Notes under the pieces: generated by a model
What the model saw: only the letters and a program-made list of their open reading frames with translations
Told to the model about the DNA's origin: nothing
Database searches by the model: none
Position numbers and translations under genes: made by a program
Shown here: positions 31,920 through 43,096 of the stretch, one piece after another
Layout: every line of letters starts with the position of its first letter
Position numbering within the stretch: the stretch's first letter is position 1
Assembly: GCA_039621445.1 (NCBI GenBank)
Contig: CP154954.1
Location: forward strand, 10,001,521-10,065,520
Direction: 5' to 3'
Length of the DNA stretch: 64,000 bases
Source: Euglena gracilis
Taxonomy: Eukaryota

Positions 31920-31945
31920 CGAAAAAAAATAGACACTCAGAAAGT
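31920..31945 (-). other. Euglenid spliced-leader exon, followed by CC-ATG
   Basis: ACTTTCTGAGTGTCTATTTTTTTTCG matches the Euglena SL as I recall it; no GT donor follows. Confidence 0.9.
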
Positions 31946-32108
31946 AAGAACGGCTAGGCTGGTCTCAAAATCGCGAAAGTTCTAGCGTAGGCGACCACGC
32001 CAGGTATTTCCTAATTGTGTGTCAGAAAAGTGTTCACCTCCAACAATGTCTTCGGGCTTCAAAATATACCCCACCAGGGGCTTTTACTTGTCCGACATGA
32101 TATGCAGA

Positions 32109-32134
32109 CGAAAAAAAATAGACACTCAGAAAGT
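32109..32134 (-). other. Second euglenid spliced-leader exon copy
   Basis: Identical 26-mer, followed by TCTGCATATCATGTCGGAC. Confidence 0.9.
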
Positions 32135-32979
32135 GAAACAGATGAAATAGATGAAATACTACGGTGATAAAATCTGAGGTGTGAATTACTGGTCACTGTC
32201 AAGTGCAAGTTCAAGCAAGATTCAAGTTCAAGAAGCTCGAGCAGTCCAACTTGCTGTTGCAGATGCGTCAGTGGGCCAGCAAGCAGGAGGGGAAGCAGCA
32301 GCGGGAGCAGCGGGATGCACCGCCCCCGTAGCAGCACCCCTCCAGCAGCTCCCAGATATCCAGCAGCGGGTGCAAAGCCACAGGCGACTCCAGCTGCAAG
32401 GGCAGAGCCAGAGGCCGCCCCAGCAGCAGGAGTATAGCCACAGGCAGCCCCAGCAGCCAAGGTGTACTGTCAATGGCACCATGTCGATCATCGACCTTTG
32501 TTAAGACATTATTAAGACAGGGACTTCCATGCCACATCTTTGCCTTGTTGTTGTTGCTTTCCCCAGGGGAAATGAAAGCACATGGGACACTGGGTCTGTC
32601 AAAGTGGGGGATGTACCCCCTCCCCAGTCACATGTATCCCATTGCATCTTCCCCAGTGACTCACAATTGCCTGTACAATTCAAATCTGGTTGGGAAATCC
32701 CAACGACATTTGCGACCTGAAAAATCCCAGCAGAAGTGCATGTTTGCACTGTCAACTGGGAAATGCCAGTGACATCAACATGAACATCATTTGAAGGGGA
32801 AATCCCAGCAACATTTGCAGCAGGGAAATTACCATCAGTATTTGCTGCCTGAAAAGCCCCACCATCTGCTAGCAGAATGCCAGCACCACTTGCTGCAGGA
32901 AAAATCCCAGCAGCAGTTGCAACAGGAACAATCCCAACATGAGGTAAAGTCCCGCCGACAACTACCCCAACGGAAACCC

Positions 32980-33512
32980 CCAGGGGGTGTTCCCCCCGCG
33001 TCCCCCCCGCGTCCCCCCCCGCGTCCCCCCCGCGTCCCGGATTTTGGCCGGGCACGTTTTTTGCTCGACCAAAGGAAAATTACGTACAAATTTAGGTGAC
33101 GCCAAAGAAAACGTGTTGGGGTGGTTGGGCCACGGTTCCCCCCCGCGTCCCCCCCCGCGTCCCCCCCCGCGTCCCGAACCACCCCCCAGCGACCATTGCC
33201 CAAGGGTTTGCAGGAATTATTCCGACTCTGGCCCATCGCGCTTCACTGGAAGAGGAATCTGACGACCTCGTGTTGGAATCCCCGCCACCCACTCAGCAAA
33301 GGTCAGCGGAGGGGGTGTTCCCCCCGCGTCCCCCCCGCGTCCCCCCCGCGTCCCGGATTTTGGCCGTGCACTTTTTTGGTCGACCGAAGGAAAATTACAT
33401 GCAAATTTAGGTGACGCCAAAGAAAACGTGTGGTGGTGGTTGGGCCACGGTTCCCCCCCGCGTCCCCCCCGCGTCCCCCCCCGCGTCCCCCCCCCGCATC
33501 CCGAACCACCCC
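32980..33512 (+). repeat. About 330-bp-period direct duplication with (CCCCCCGCGT)n units
   Basis: 32980-33190 is repeated at 33310-33512. Confidence 0.8.
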
Positions 33513-35172
33513 CGGAGAAACAGAGGCTCCGCCGCTTCGCTCTGGCAAATTCCGGAGACAGCGCCGCCACCACTCTCCTTCCCAAAACAGATTTGCACTA
33601 AAAGACCGCATCGGAGCCAACAAAAGGCCCCTGCTCGAAGCTCAAAAATTCCTTCGCAGCCCGTGTCCATCCCCGGCGCGAGAGGGTCGACGACCTCTTC
33701 ACGCTTGGTGAGGTGGCGGCAAAGCAAGGCGGCAAAAAGCACAGCGCCGGCGGTCAGGTCACCGGCCCGCCATCCACGCAGTCGCCTGGCGGGGATGAGC
33801 CTGCCGTGCACCTTGAGGATGCTCCATAGCGGGTTGCCACCGGCGCCCAGGCCAAAAACCGCACCGGGATTTGGAAAGGGTGAAAGTGATGCAGCACGAA
33901 GAAAAGCTTTCGCCGTAAGTTACCACGGCCGGTCGGGCAGAGGTGATGACCTCCTGACGTCGGGCGACGTGGAGGCAAACCCGGGACCCACCCCCTTGGG
34001 AGATCCCGTGGCAGGAACCAAGGATATTGACTTGTCTACGGACCCCGCACGAGCGGTGGGATTCTTGTTGGCCGTGCCCCCTTCCGCTCTAGGCCCACCG
34101 GAGGAGACCTCGACGCAGGACGCCCGGGACCTCCAGCAACTTCTGCAGACCCTCCTCAGCCGACCACCACCGGAAGCCGCTCTCCCCATTGATGGTTCCA
34201 GAGCCACGACTCGCGGCCCAGCACAGCCTTGGGGAATTTCTGATCGAGGACCCAGACTGATGGGTAGAGGTGGGCTCCCTACTTGCGGTGATATTCAGGA
34301 AAACCCGGGCCCGAGAACGTGTGGCCGAAAAGAGGTCGAAAAAATAGCCGGCCGGCCCAAAACATTGATAACGGGGTTCGCCTGGGGCCAGAGATCTCGG
34401 TGGCCATTGACGTTGATGACCCGGCCCCGGCCCCAGCAGCGTCGTCCGCTCCTTTGCAGGCGGCGATGGACACCGATGGCCCCGCTTTGCCTTTTGTGCC
34501 CGGAGGCCGACGGGAAGGAACACCCCTTTCTTAGCCCTGCCCTTTGCTCGAGCCGACCTGGGACGCCATTTCGCATGACCTCAGGGGGACCATCGCTCAC
34601 ATCCCGCGGGGTGCGGTGCAGGCGGTGGCTCAAATATACGCAATTCGACTGAGAGACTACAACCAGCGCCCCTCCTGGGAGTCGTTGCACGCGCTGTGGT
34701 GTATGCCGAAGGCGGTGTTGGCACCCTTGGCACGCGCCGGCAGAAACCATTGGGCACAGCTAGGGAAAGCCATCGGAACCAGGGCACGCGCCTATCTCCT
34801 GCAACCAGTCGCAACCTCTTGGCAGCAGTCCCAAAAGCCGGCCGCAAACCCCGTCTCCTCGGTGTCCACACGCTCCGCCGCAAGCAGAGCGGAAGACGTC
34901 CAGACGGAACGCTTCATCCGCCGGATGGAAACGTTGGTGGCCAGAGGGGCTGTGGGGAAGGCCTGCCAGTTGCTCCTCTCCGAAGGAGTGCAGGACGCGG
35001 CTCATCCCGCCGTGCGTGAGAGATTACGCCGGATGCACCCAACAGAGGCGGAACCTGGAAGGGGACCTACTTTGAGGTGGAAACCACTATCACGTAGCGA
35101 CGATGTGGCAGACGACCGCCGTATGGTGAAACATGCAGTGCGTAGCTTCGGCCCGGAGTCTGCGGCAGGCCC

Positions 35173-35598
35173 CATAGCTGGCGTTTTTTTTGTTTTTTTA
35201 AAAAAACGTTTTTTTTTGTTTTTTATTAAAAAAAACAGGCAAAAAAAACGGCAAAAAAACAAAGGGGAAAATGATGGTCCAAATTTTGCCTTTGATCGCA
35301 AGGGTGAACCAATCTTAGCTCAAATGACTTGAAAACCAATACTTTTGGAGGTCTTCAACAAGAATGGTCAAAATAGGGCATTTTTCTGCCATTTTGGGAT
35401 GTGTCAACTTGAAACATCCCAAATTTGGTGTCTTTCTCTGCCTGCGGATGGGCAAAAAAAAGCTAAAATTAAAGGCAAAAAAATTTTTTGCCCTAGACCC
35501 TCAATGGCGTTTTTTTTGTTTTTTTTAAAAAAAAACATGTTTTTTTTTAAAAAAAACGTGTTTTTTTTGACTTCGTTTTAAACGAAGTGCCAGCTATG
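35173..35598. mobile_element. hAT-like MITE
   Basis: Perfect TIR CATAGCTGGC/GCCAGCTATG; 8-bp TSD GCAGGCCC; removal restores the RT frame. Confidence 0.9.
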
Positions 35599-36804
35599 GC
35601 AGGCCCCCCAGGACTTCGGCCTGAGCACCTGAAGTCCTTACTCAGCGACGAGGCCGGGGGCTCGGCAGAGGATGTCCTGGATGAGTTGACGGAGTTTGTC
35701 TTCGGGTGCATGCTTGGGGGAATCCCCAATGGGGCGGCACAGGTGATGTGTGCTGCACGCCTGACCCCCCTCCGAAAAACCAAAACCGGGACAGGGGCAC
35801 CCACAGACCCTGTGGGCAAGACATCCCCAGAAGAGGAGGGCACTCGGCCCATCGCAGCTGGGGAAACCCTGCACCGCCTGGTGGTGAAAGTGCTAATGCG
35901 CCACCCGGAGGTCCGTCGGTCCCTGGCCACAGCCCTACCTCAGCAACTGGGAGTGGGCGTACCTGATGCATGCGCTCTGATAGGAATGGGTATCCAGCAG
36001 CTAGTGGACGGCCTCTCTCACGTTGGAAAGGCAGACTGGGGACTGCTCCAGCTGGATTTTTCAAACGCATTCAACTGCATCTCGAGAGATAATTTGCTGG
36101 CAGAAGTCGCTGAGCGATGCCCTCCGCTGCTTCCTTGGTTGGAGAGTTGTTACGCCCGCCATTCTCAGTTGTATCTCGGAAAAACCTCACTCCGAAGCAA
36201 GTCCGGTGTGCAGCAAGGGGACCCGTGTGGGCCGGCTGCCTTTGCCCTCGGGATACAGTCCCTCTTGGACAAGCTGCAAGGTATCGTGGGCTGGCAAGCC
36301 TGGTACCTGGATGATGCCCACATCATGGGCACGCCGGAACAGCTCGAAAGGGCATTAAGGCTGATCCTGAACGAGGGGCCACAGATTGGTGTGGGACTCA
36401 ACCTGACGAAGTGCAAACTCTGGGGTCCCGCATTTGTTGCGCGTGGAGAAGGCCTGCTTCAGGGCATCCCAGTGGCATCCCACCTTTCACACCCGGTTCT
36501 GGCATCCGTGCGCTAGGAGTGCCCGTCTGCCACCCGGCAGGACGCCTGGACTTTGCCACTGTCCTTTGGGAGGAGCGCCTCTCGGGAGTCCGGAAAGCGT
36601 GCGACCTGCTGCAATTGCTGCCGTCGCCGCACCTACAGTTCACGGTGCTCAGGCAATGTCTTGATGCATGTAAAGTAAACGACCTGCTTCGAACCACACA
36701 CCTCTCGGGAGCCAAGGTGCCATGCCATTCCTTTGCCACTCTCCTTCGGGACACAATGTCCGTCATCACCGCTCGCCCACTGGATGATAAACAGTGGGCA
36801 CAAG

Positions 36805-37556
36805 CAGGGGTGTAGAAGTATTTTTTTCTCGGGGGGGGCGAGATTCTTGACAAGGCCCATTATGACCATTTTTTCCCCGCCGCCCAAAGGGCGGCGAGAC
36901 GGTAGCGCTCTTTTCCATAAAAGATGGCATTGGGGGCTAGGCGCACCGCTCAGGGGGGTCCTGGGACCCCCCCCCCCCGCACGGCCCCTGCGCGGCCGCC
37001 TTCGACCAGGCTTCTTTTTAAGACCCCCGGGGGGGAGGGGGGGTCCCCCCCACCCACCCAGGGTGGCGCGGGACCCCCCCGGGGGGGGGGGGGCGGGGAC
37101 ACCCCCAAAATTGAGCCCGTTAAAGGCAATTTTCAACCCCGGACCCACCCACCCACCCCCCCCTCCCCCGGGGGGCGGGGTCGGGTGACTTAAAAAGAAG
37201 CCTCCAAAAGGTTTCCGCAAAAAGAGCCAAATTTGTCAACAGGAATGGTGTGTTTATGAAAAAATGAATTTTTGAAGCCATGTCAAAACACATGCCGTTT
37301 GGTTCCGCCCCGTGGAAAAAGATTTTTGCCCCCTCCGACCCATGAGTTTTGGACTTGTTTTGCCGCCCGAAGGGCGGCGAGACGGTAGCGACATTCAACA
37401 GCAAAAACAGAATGAAAAGTTGCGACCTTTTGTGAGAAATTTAAAAGGCACAGAGAATGTGGTGAGTAAAATACACACTTTGCAAAAAAAAACTTATTTC
37501 CAAAATCTCGGGGGGGGGCAGCCGCCCCCCCCCGACCCCCCACTTCTACACCTATG
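36805..37556. mobile_element. hAT-like MITE
   Basis: TIR CAGGGGTGTAGAAGT/ACTTCTACACCTATG; 8-bp TSD GGCACAAG; removal restores QWAQASLP. Confidence 0.9.
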
Positions 37557-37706
37557 GGCACAAGCCTCTCTGCCAGTCCGCCTGGGGGGGCTTGGGATCC
37601 GAGACACAGAGGTATCCAGAGCACCGGCAAAAAATCTTCCTGCTTTGGCATAGTTTCAATCGGAGGGGTAAAAAGCAAGCGAGCTGTTTTCATGCGAACA
37701 CACATT

Positions 37707-38246
37707 AACCCCCCCCCCCCAAATAACCTGGCGGGGTGCTAGGTTGTCGGAACCAACTCTTGGCCCCCACCAAATTTTTTGGCCCCTTTTTTCAGCGTCG
37801 GAAAAGAATTTTGCCTTTAAAGGGGAGGAAATTACTGGAACCATTTTTTTTACCCCTCCCCCCGGGGGTGTTCTCCCCGTGACCCCCCGTGACCCCCCCC
37901 CCCCGTGACCCCCCCGTGACCCGAACAAGGACCCTTTTCGGCGAAATTTTGTCGGGAAAAATATTGGCTGGCGATGCCTAATTTGATAAAATTCTGGGGC
38001 AGATTCCTAATTTTGAGGCGTAAATTTTTCAAATTTGGGCTTGGCGATTCCTAATTTGGAGTCAAAATCCTAATTTTAGGTGTGGCGATTCCTAATTTGT
38101 GGATTTTTTCTCCAAAAATTCCGACTCGGTGATTCCTAATTCCGTGAACGCCCCCCCCCCTCCCCCCGCTCCCCCCCCCGTGACCCGAACCACCCCCCCC
38201 CCACCAAATCACTCGCCCACTGCCCCGCCAGGTTATTTGGGGGGTT
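37707..38246. mobile_element. TIR-bounded non-autonomous element
   Basis: CCCCAAATAACCTGGCGGGG ... CCCCGCCAGGTTATTTGGGG; internal ATTCCTAATTT repeats shared with about 47400-47960. Confidence 0.7.
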
Positions 38247-39148
38247 CAGAGCCCGCACAGATGCATCGTCGTCGAGATTAGCTCGCAGATTACGATGCAA
38301 CAATATTTGGTGTGAAAGATTTGGGGGTGTTGCCCCCGTGACCCCCCCGTGACTAGCAAAGGCTGTAATCTTTCACGTAAGTAATTTTCATGAAGTTTCA
38401 CGGCTTTTGTAAGTAATTTTGTGGACCATGAAAAGTTCGATTTTCATTGACTATTAATATTTCCGTCCTGCGAAAACCGAAATGCTTCATTACCCGTGAA
38501 TGGTAGCCCGGATGGTTAGGTTCCAAAAGGATACACTACAGTGTCGACTGCTGATGCCCACGGAGGAAATCCGTCCCTGAGAAAACCGGTTGCGTGCACC
38601 GAGTTTTGGCCTGCGTTCCAAAAAAAAAAAGACCGGGAAAACCTTTGGAATCCCGTGACACGCCAAAAAAAAAATGAACTACCAAAAGTAAATTCCCCTC
38701 AGTTTCTGAGTTTTGGGCTGGCGAACACAAGTGAAAGGACCGAAAAAACCTTGAATTGCTGTGCTTGATAGTTGGTGGTCATGCCACCGGTGGTCATGCC
38801 ACCGGTGGTCATGCCACTGGTATACAAGAAGGGAAAGGGGTTTTTTTAAGACGGGGGGGCTTGAGCTGCCTGCCTTGACACTACCGCGTCCGTGGAGCGG
38901 CTCTGGTCCATGCTGGGGAGGCACGTGAACAACCGCCCAAAGCTGAACCTCGCCCATGGAGTCGCGTGCCGAGTACGGCCCTGTGTACTTTTTCTTGTGA
39001 GTCGGGGGCAGTCTTCTTTTCAAGTCAGGAGTTTGGTGCCCCGGGCCACCCCCCTCCAGCTCACCAGCAACGCCAGGAGTTTTTTGCGGTGCCCCTTCAG
39101 GTACACTTTATCCAATAAAAAAGGAAACGCCAGGGAGTGATGTATTTG

Positions 39149-40583
39149 GCGCAAGGCGGTAGACTTGGGGGGGGGGGTAGTGGGTAGTCGGCCGACTAGT
39201 CGGCCGACTACCCAATTGGTCGGCCGACTAGGCCTGGTCGGTAGCTAGTCGGCGAGACAGGGGGGGGGGTAGTGGGTAGTCGGCCGACTACCCACCATAG
39301 TTGGCAACCTGTTTTTTTTTTGGACTTTGTTTTTTTTGTTTTTTTTAATTCTAACAATGTTTTTTTTTAAAAAAAACAAAAAAAAACGCCAACAAGGTTT
39401 TGCTCGGAAAATTTTTTGAATGCATATTTTCAATCATTTTTGGCAAGTTTTGGGGCATTTCTGCCAAATATTTCCTAAAACAAAACATGAAAAAAGTCCT
39501 AAAGTTGCATTTTTTGAATGTTTTTGACCATTTTTTTGGCATTTTTTGAACTTAGTAGGATTCGAAGTATGGTTTGGGTGTTTCATAACGAGTTTTTTCA
39601 ATGAAATTTTCCTTTTGTTTTTTTTGATGTTTTTTTGGCGTTTTTTTTAAAAAAAACATGTTGTTTTGTTTTTTTTAAAAAAAACAAAAAAAATGCCAAG
39701 TATGCTACCCACTCTAATGTACTAACGGGTCCAAACCGCCGACTTTTAAGCCCCCCCCCCATGAAGAAAATTCAATGCAAACTAGTCGGTGGCTAGTCGG
39801 CGGTCATAAAAATGGTCTGTGGCGGGCCCAAATCACCCGGAATTGGTCCGGATGGGTCCAAAAAAGTGTCTTACGCCTAAATGAACGGCCCCAGACGGAA
39901 ATATTTGGTCGGTGGGGGGTCGGTGGGCCCTTGATGGGGGTCCGGAGGTGTAAAAAACCAATGATGAAACAGGGATTACATGAAAATCCTTTAGAAATGC
40001 AAGCATTCTGCATCACGAGAGGCAGAAAACTCCCCCCTCCACCCCCATCCGAGCCTCAAATAACAAAATCCCTTCTGTGTTGGCAACATACTCGGGGGCT
40101 AAGTCGTTTTTGTGGCTCACTTTGGCATAGGCTGGGGGGGGGCCGCCCCCCCCCCCCCCCGCACCCCCCCCTCAAATAACAAAATCTCTTCTATGTTGGC
40201 AATAGACTTGGAGGGATAAGATTTTTTGTGCAAATTTTGATTTATATTGAAAATTTAATGGGGAGAGGTGTTCTTTTGTCAAAAGTGGCCCAAAATGGAC
40301 ATTTCCCCCCAATTTTTTTGCATATTCACCCCCGATTGGGGGGTTCCTGAGCCATTTGGGTGGGTTTTGACTGGTGTTGAGGTGATTTAGACAAAAGTTT
40401 TTTCCCAGGGGGGGGCTTAAAAGTCGGCGGTTTTGACCCGTTAGTACATTAGAGTGGGTAGTCGGCCGACTAGTCGGCCGACTACCCAGTTGGTCCGCCG
40501 ACTAGTCGGCCGACCAATTGGGTAGTCGGCCGACTAGTCGGCCGACTACCCACTACCCCCCCCCCCAGTCTACCGTTTGGCAC
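39149..40583 (+). mobile_element. Foldback/MITE-like element with TAGTCGGCCGACTA-rich terminal inverted blocks (copy 1)
   Basis: CGGTAGAC(T)GGGG..TAGTGGGTAGTCGGCCGACTAG at the left, reverse complement at the right; inverted copy at 47969-48882. Confidence 0.8.
39296..39704 (+). mobile_element. hAT-like MITE nested in the foldback element
   Basis: TIR CATAGTTGGCA/TGCCAAGTATG; 8-bp TSD CTACCCAC; absent from copy 2. Confidence 0.85.
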
Positions 40584-40699
40584 TAATGTATTTCAATCAT
40601 CAAGTAAACAAATGATTAATTGAACAGAATTTAAAACCCTGCCCCTGGCGAATTTGGCCAGGGGTTGGTCCATGAACATGCCCCACCAGCAATCGGGGT

Positions 40700-41099
40700 C
40701 ATGCTTGTGCTTACGTACGGGTGGGGGGGGGAGGGGCAGGGGTGGATGGGAAGCCTTGAGGGGGGGGGGGTCGGACCCCCCTCCCGATACGGAGAGGGGG
40801 GGGGTCGAATCCGGTCAAAAATCCCAGATCTTTCTTTGAAAATCGATCCAAAAATGCTCTAGTGCCTCGTTTTGGGCCGCCAACCCATTGACTTTGGGTC
40901 AAAACCGGGTCAAAAAAGTCAAAAAAATTGAAATTTTTTTTTGCCCGAAACGATGTTTTTTCGCCTCCCTGACCCGGAAAAACTGTTTTTGAGCCGAAAA
41001 CGAGCGGTTTTCGACGCGCTGGCCCGACACCTTCCCATCAAACCCTGGGGGGGGGGGGCAGCGATGCAGGTGGGTTTGACCCGACGAAGCACAAGCCTG
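40700..41099. mobile_element. hAT-like MITE
   Basis: TIR CATGCTTGTGCTT/AAGCACAAGCCTG; flanks ATCGGGGT/ATTGGGGT (7/8). Confidence 0.8.
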
Positions 41100-43096
41100 A
41101 TTGGGGTGCTGCAGGTTGGACAGCAACGGGACCCCTGCTGCGTAGACGTCTCAGCTCGAGGAAGTTCACGATGTTGGGTAATGTGGGAGGCTTTGTCCCG
41201 GCCGGCATGAGCGCGTTCCAGCCGTCCTCCATGACAAAGGCGACGGTGTCCCGTTTTCGTTGACTCCAGGACCTCGGGAGACCACACAAAACCAACTCCA
41301 GCCACAGCCCAGTCGGTATTCTGAACCAGTCTTATCGGGGAGGGGGGGGGGCAGAGCCACATCTCCAGGCACCCTGTGTGCCTACCCAACAGCTCACCTC
41401 TGAAGCGGGGGTCCAGCCAGGCTGTTTTTTTTATACCAAACCCGGGGGGGGGGGGAGGAGCATTCCTTTGAAAATAGGCCATTTTTGGGTCCCCGGCAGG
41501 CACCCCCCCCCCGGCGTGGGGTCGGCACCCGACTAAAATACAGCCTGGGTCCAGCAGGTAGCTGCTGCCCACGGGCGGAAGAAGAGGGGGTCCCGCAGGC
41601 ATACAATTTTTTACCGACCCCCGGGGGGGGGGTCACTCCACTTTTTGAAAAACCAGTCAGTCACTTTTTTTTTGGGAAGCCAGTCAGTCACTACCCTCCC
41701 CCCCCCCGGGGGGTCGGCCACTCAGAAAAACGGCCACTTTCTTAGTCACAGTGCTTAAAAAATTGTCTGCCCGCAGGTCGGCAGCGGCGACAACTTGCCG
41801 CGCCTGCTTTGCTTGTAGGTCACCTTGCAGCATCTCCAAACTGCCGCGCAGCATACCCAGAGCCCCTTCTGGTTCTGAGCCGGTTTTGGTTTAAAAAAAA
41901 ACACCGTGCACCAAGAAAATACCCTGATTTGTATGTACTTGTAGATGTCGAACCCGGAAGTCGTCTGCGGGGACTCTAGACTGTGGAGGAAGGCCGACGC
42001 GTGGCCTTTTTTCTTAAAAGGACCATCCGTGCTTTTTTTTTTGGACGACTCAAAGGGGGCACTTCTTCGGCAACAAACCATCCTGCTTGGAGTTCATTCC
42101 GCACACGTCACTACTCCATCCCACATTGATTTTCCGGCTGTCACTCGTACGGGTACGTATGACACAATTTGTTTTTCGTTTGACGTGGAACCTACGTTTG
42201 ACTGGGGTGGCTGTCAGTGACGATCCCGCTGTCCTAAAATGACGACTAATTTACCCTCACCCCCCCCCCTCAAAGTGTCCCCCCGGCCAAAGTGGCCAAA
42301 AAATTGGCAAATTTTGGTTTACCCCCCCCCCCCTCAAGTGGCCATTTTGCTTCGGCGCCAAAAGCGCCGAAGGCCAAAATTTGCCCCCCCCCCCCCAAGT
42401 GTCCCCCCTCCCAGAGTGGCCATTTTGGGGTCCCACAAAACCCAGAGGGTGGCCACTTTGAGGGGGGGGGTGAGGGTACAGTGGTCAAAATGACGATTCC
42501 ATTCCTGCTCCCCACAGTCATGAAGCGCGTTGTTAACCTGATGGAAGCTCAGATGCCGAAACCCCCACCGTTAAGGAGTTTGAGGCGGTTTTGCGCACGA
42601 CCATGTCTTTACCTTTTGGGCTCTCTTCTCTTCTTCCAAACCGTGGTGGTCAGAAGAGAAAAATTGCACCCAAGAAGCACGCTGCATTGAAGGCTTTTTT
42701 GGAATACATGGACATTTGCAAGCAGCACAGCGCAACTTACCCCCCCCCCCTCAAAGTGGCCACCCTCCTGGCACCGTGGGACCCCAAAATGGCCACCCTG
42801 GCAGGGGGGACACTTTGGGGGGGGGTCAGATTTTGGCCTTTGAGGGCATGCGTCGGACACTATATCAAGAAAGACCCCCCCTCCACCGGCTTTGTCCTGA
42901 GTCCGGGGGAGGGGGTCACCAGCTTTGTCCTTCGGACAAAGCCGGTGACCCCCTCCCCCGGACTCAGGACAAAGCCGGTGGAGGGGGGGTCTTGCTTTAA
43001 GTCGGTGACCCCCCCGCTGGACTCAGGACAAAGCCGGTGACCCCCAAATGAGGAAAATTATGTTTTTGTTGTGTGTGCCCTCTCTCCCACAGCCAA

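Larger units (their letters stand above)
26669..31945 (-). mobile_element. 5' part of RLE non-LTR retrotransposon A: SL, coiled coil, 2A, Zn-finger-like module, 2A, N6-adenine MTase, 2A, RT
   Basis: RT motifs FPKLVL, GSAPGPSGLRPSHL, QVGVGV, VDYSNAFNTVDR, QGCPLGP, NSWY|LDD; three D(V/I)ExNPGP motifs; IDAFA...NPPF domain; SL exon at the 5' end; several frameshifts and insertions. Confidence 0.88.
33411..37700 (+). mobile_element. RLE non-LTR retrotransposon B, 5' part and RT, with two 2A-like peptides, interrupted by MITEs
   Basis: GDVEANPGP (33936-33989), GDIQENPGP (34263-34313), MPKAVL, SAAGP|PGLRPEHL, RPIAAGE, QLGVGV, LDFSNAFN, QQGDPCGP, WYLDD (36301-36315), QASLPVRLGGLG. Confidence 0.9.

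Noticed and set aside
31920-32134. SL RNA genes
   Set aside because: No GT donor after either exon, and the two downstream sequences differ
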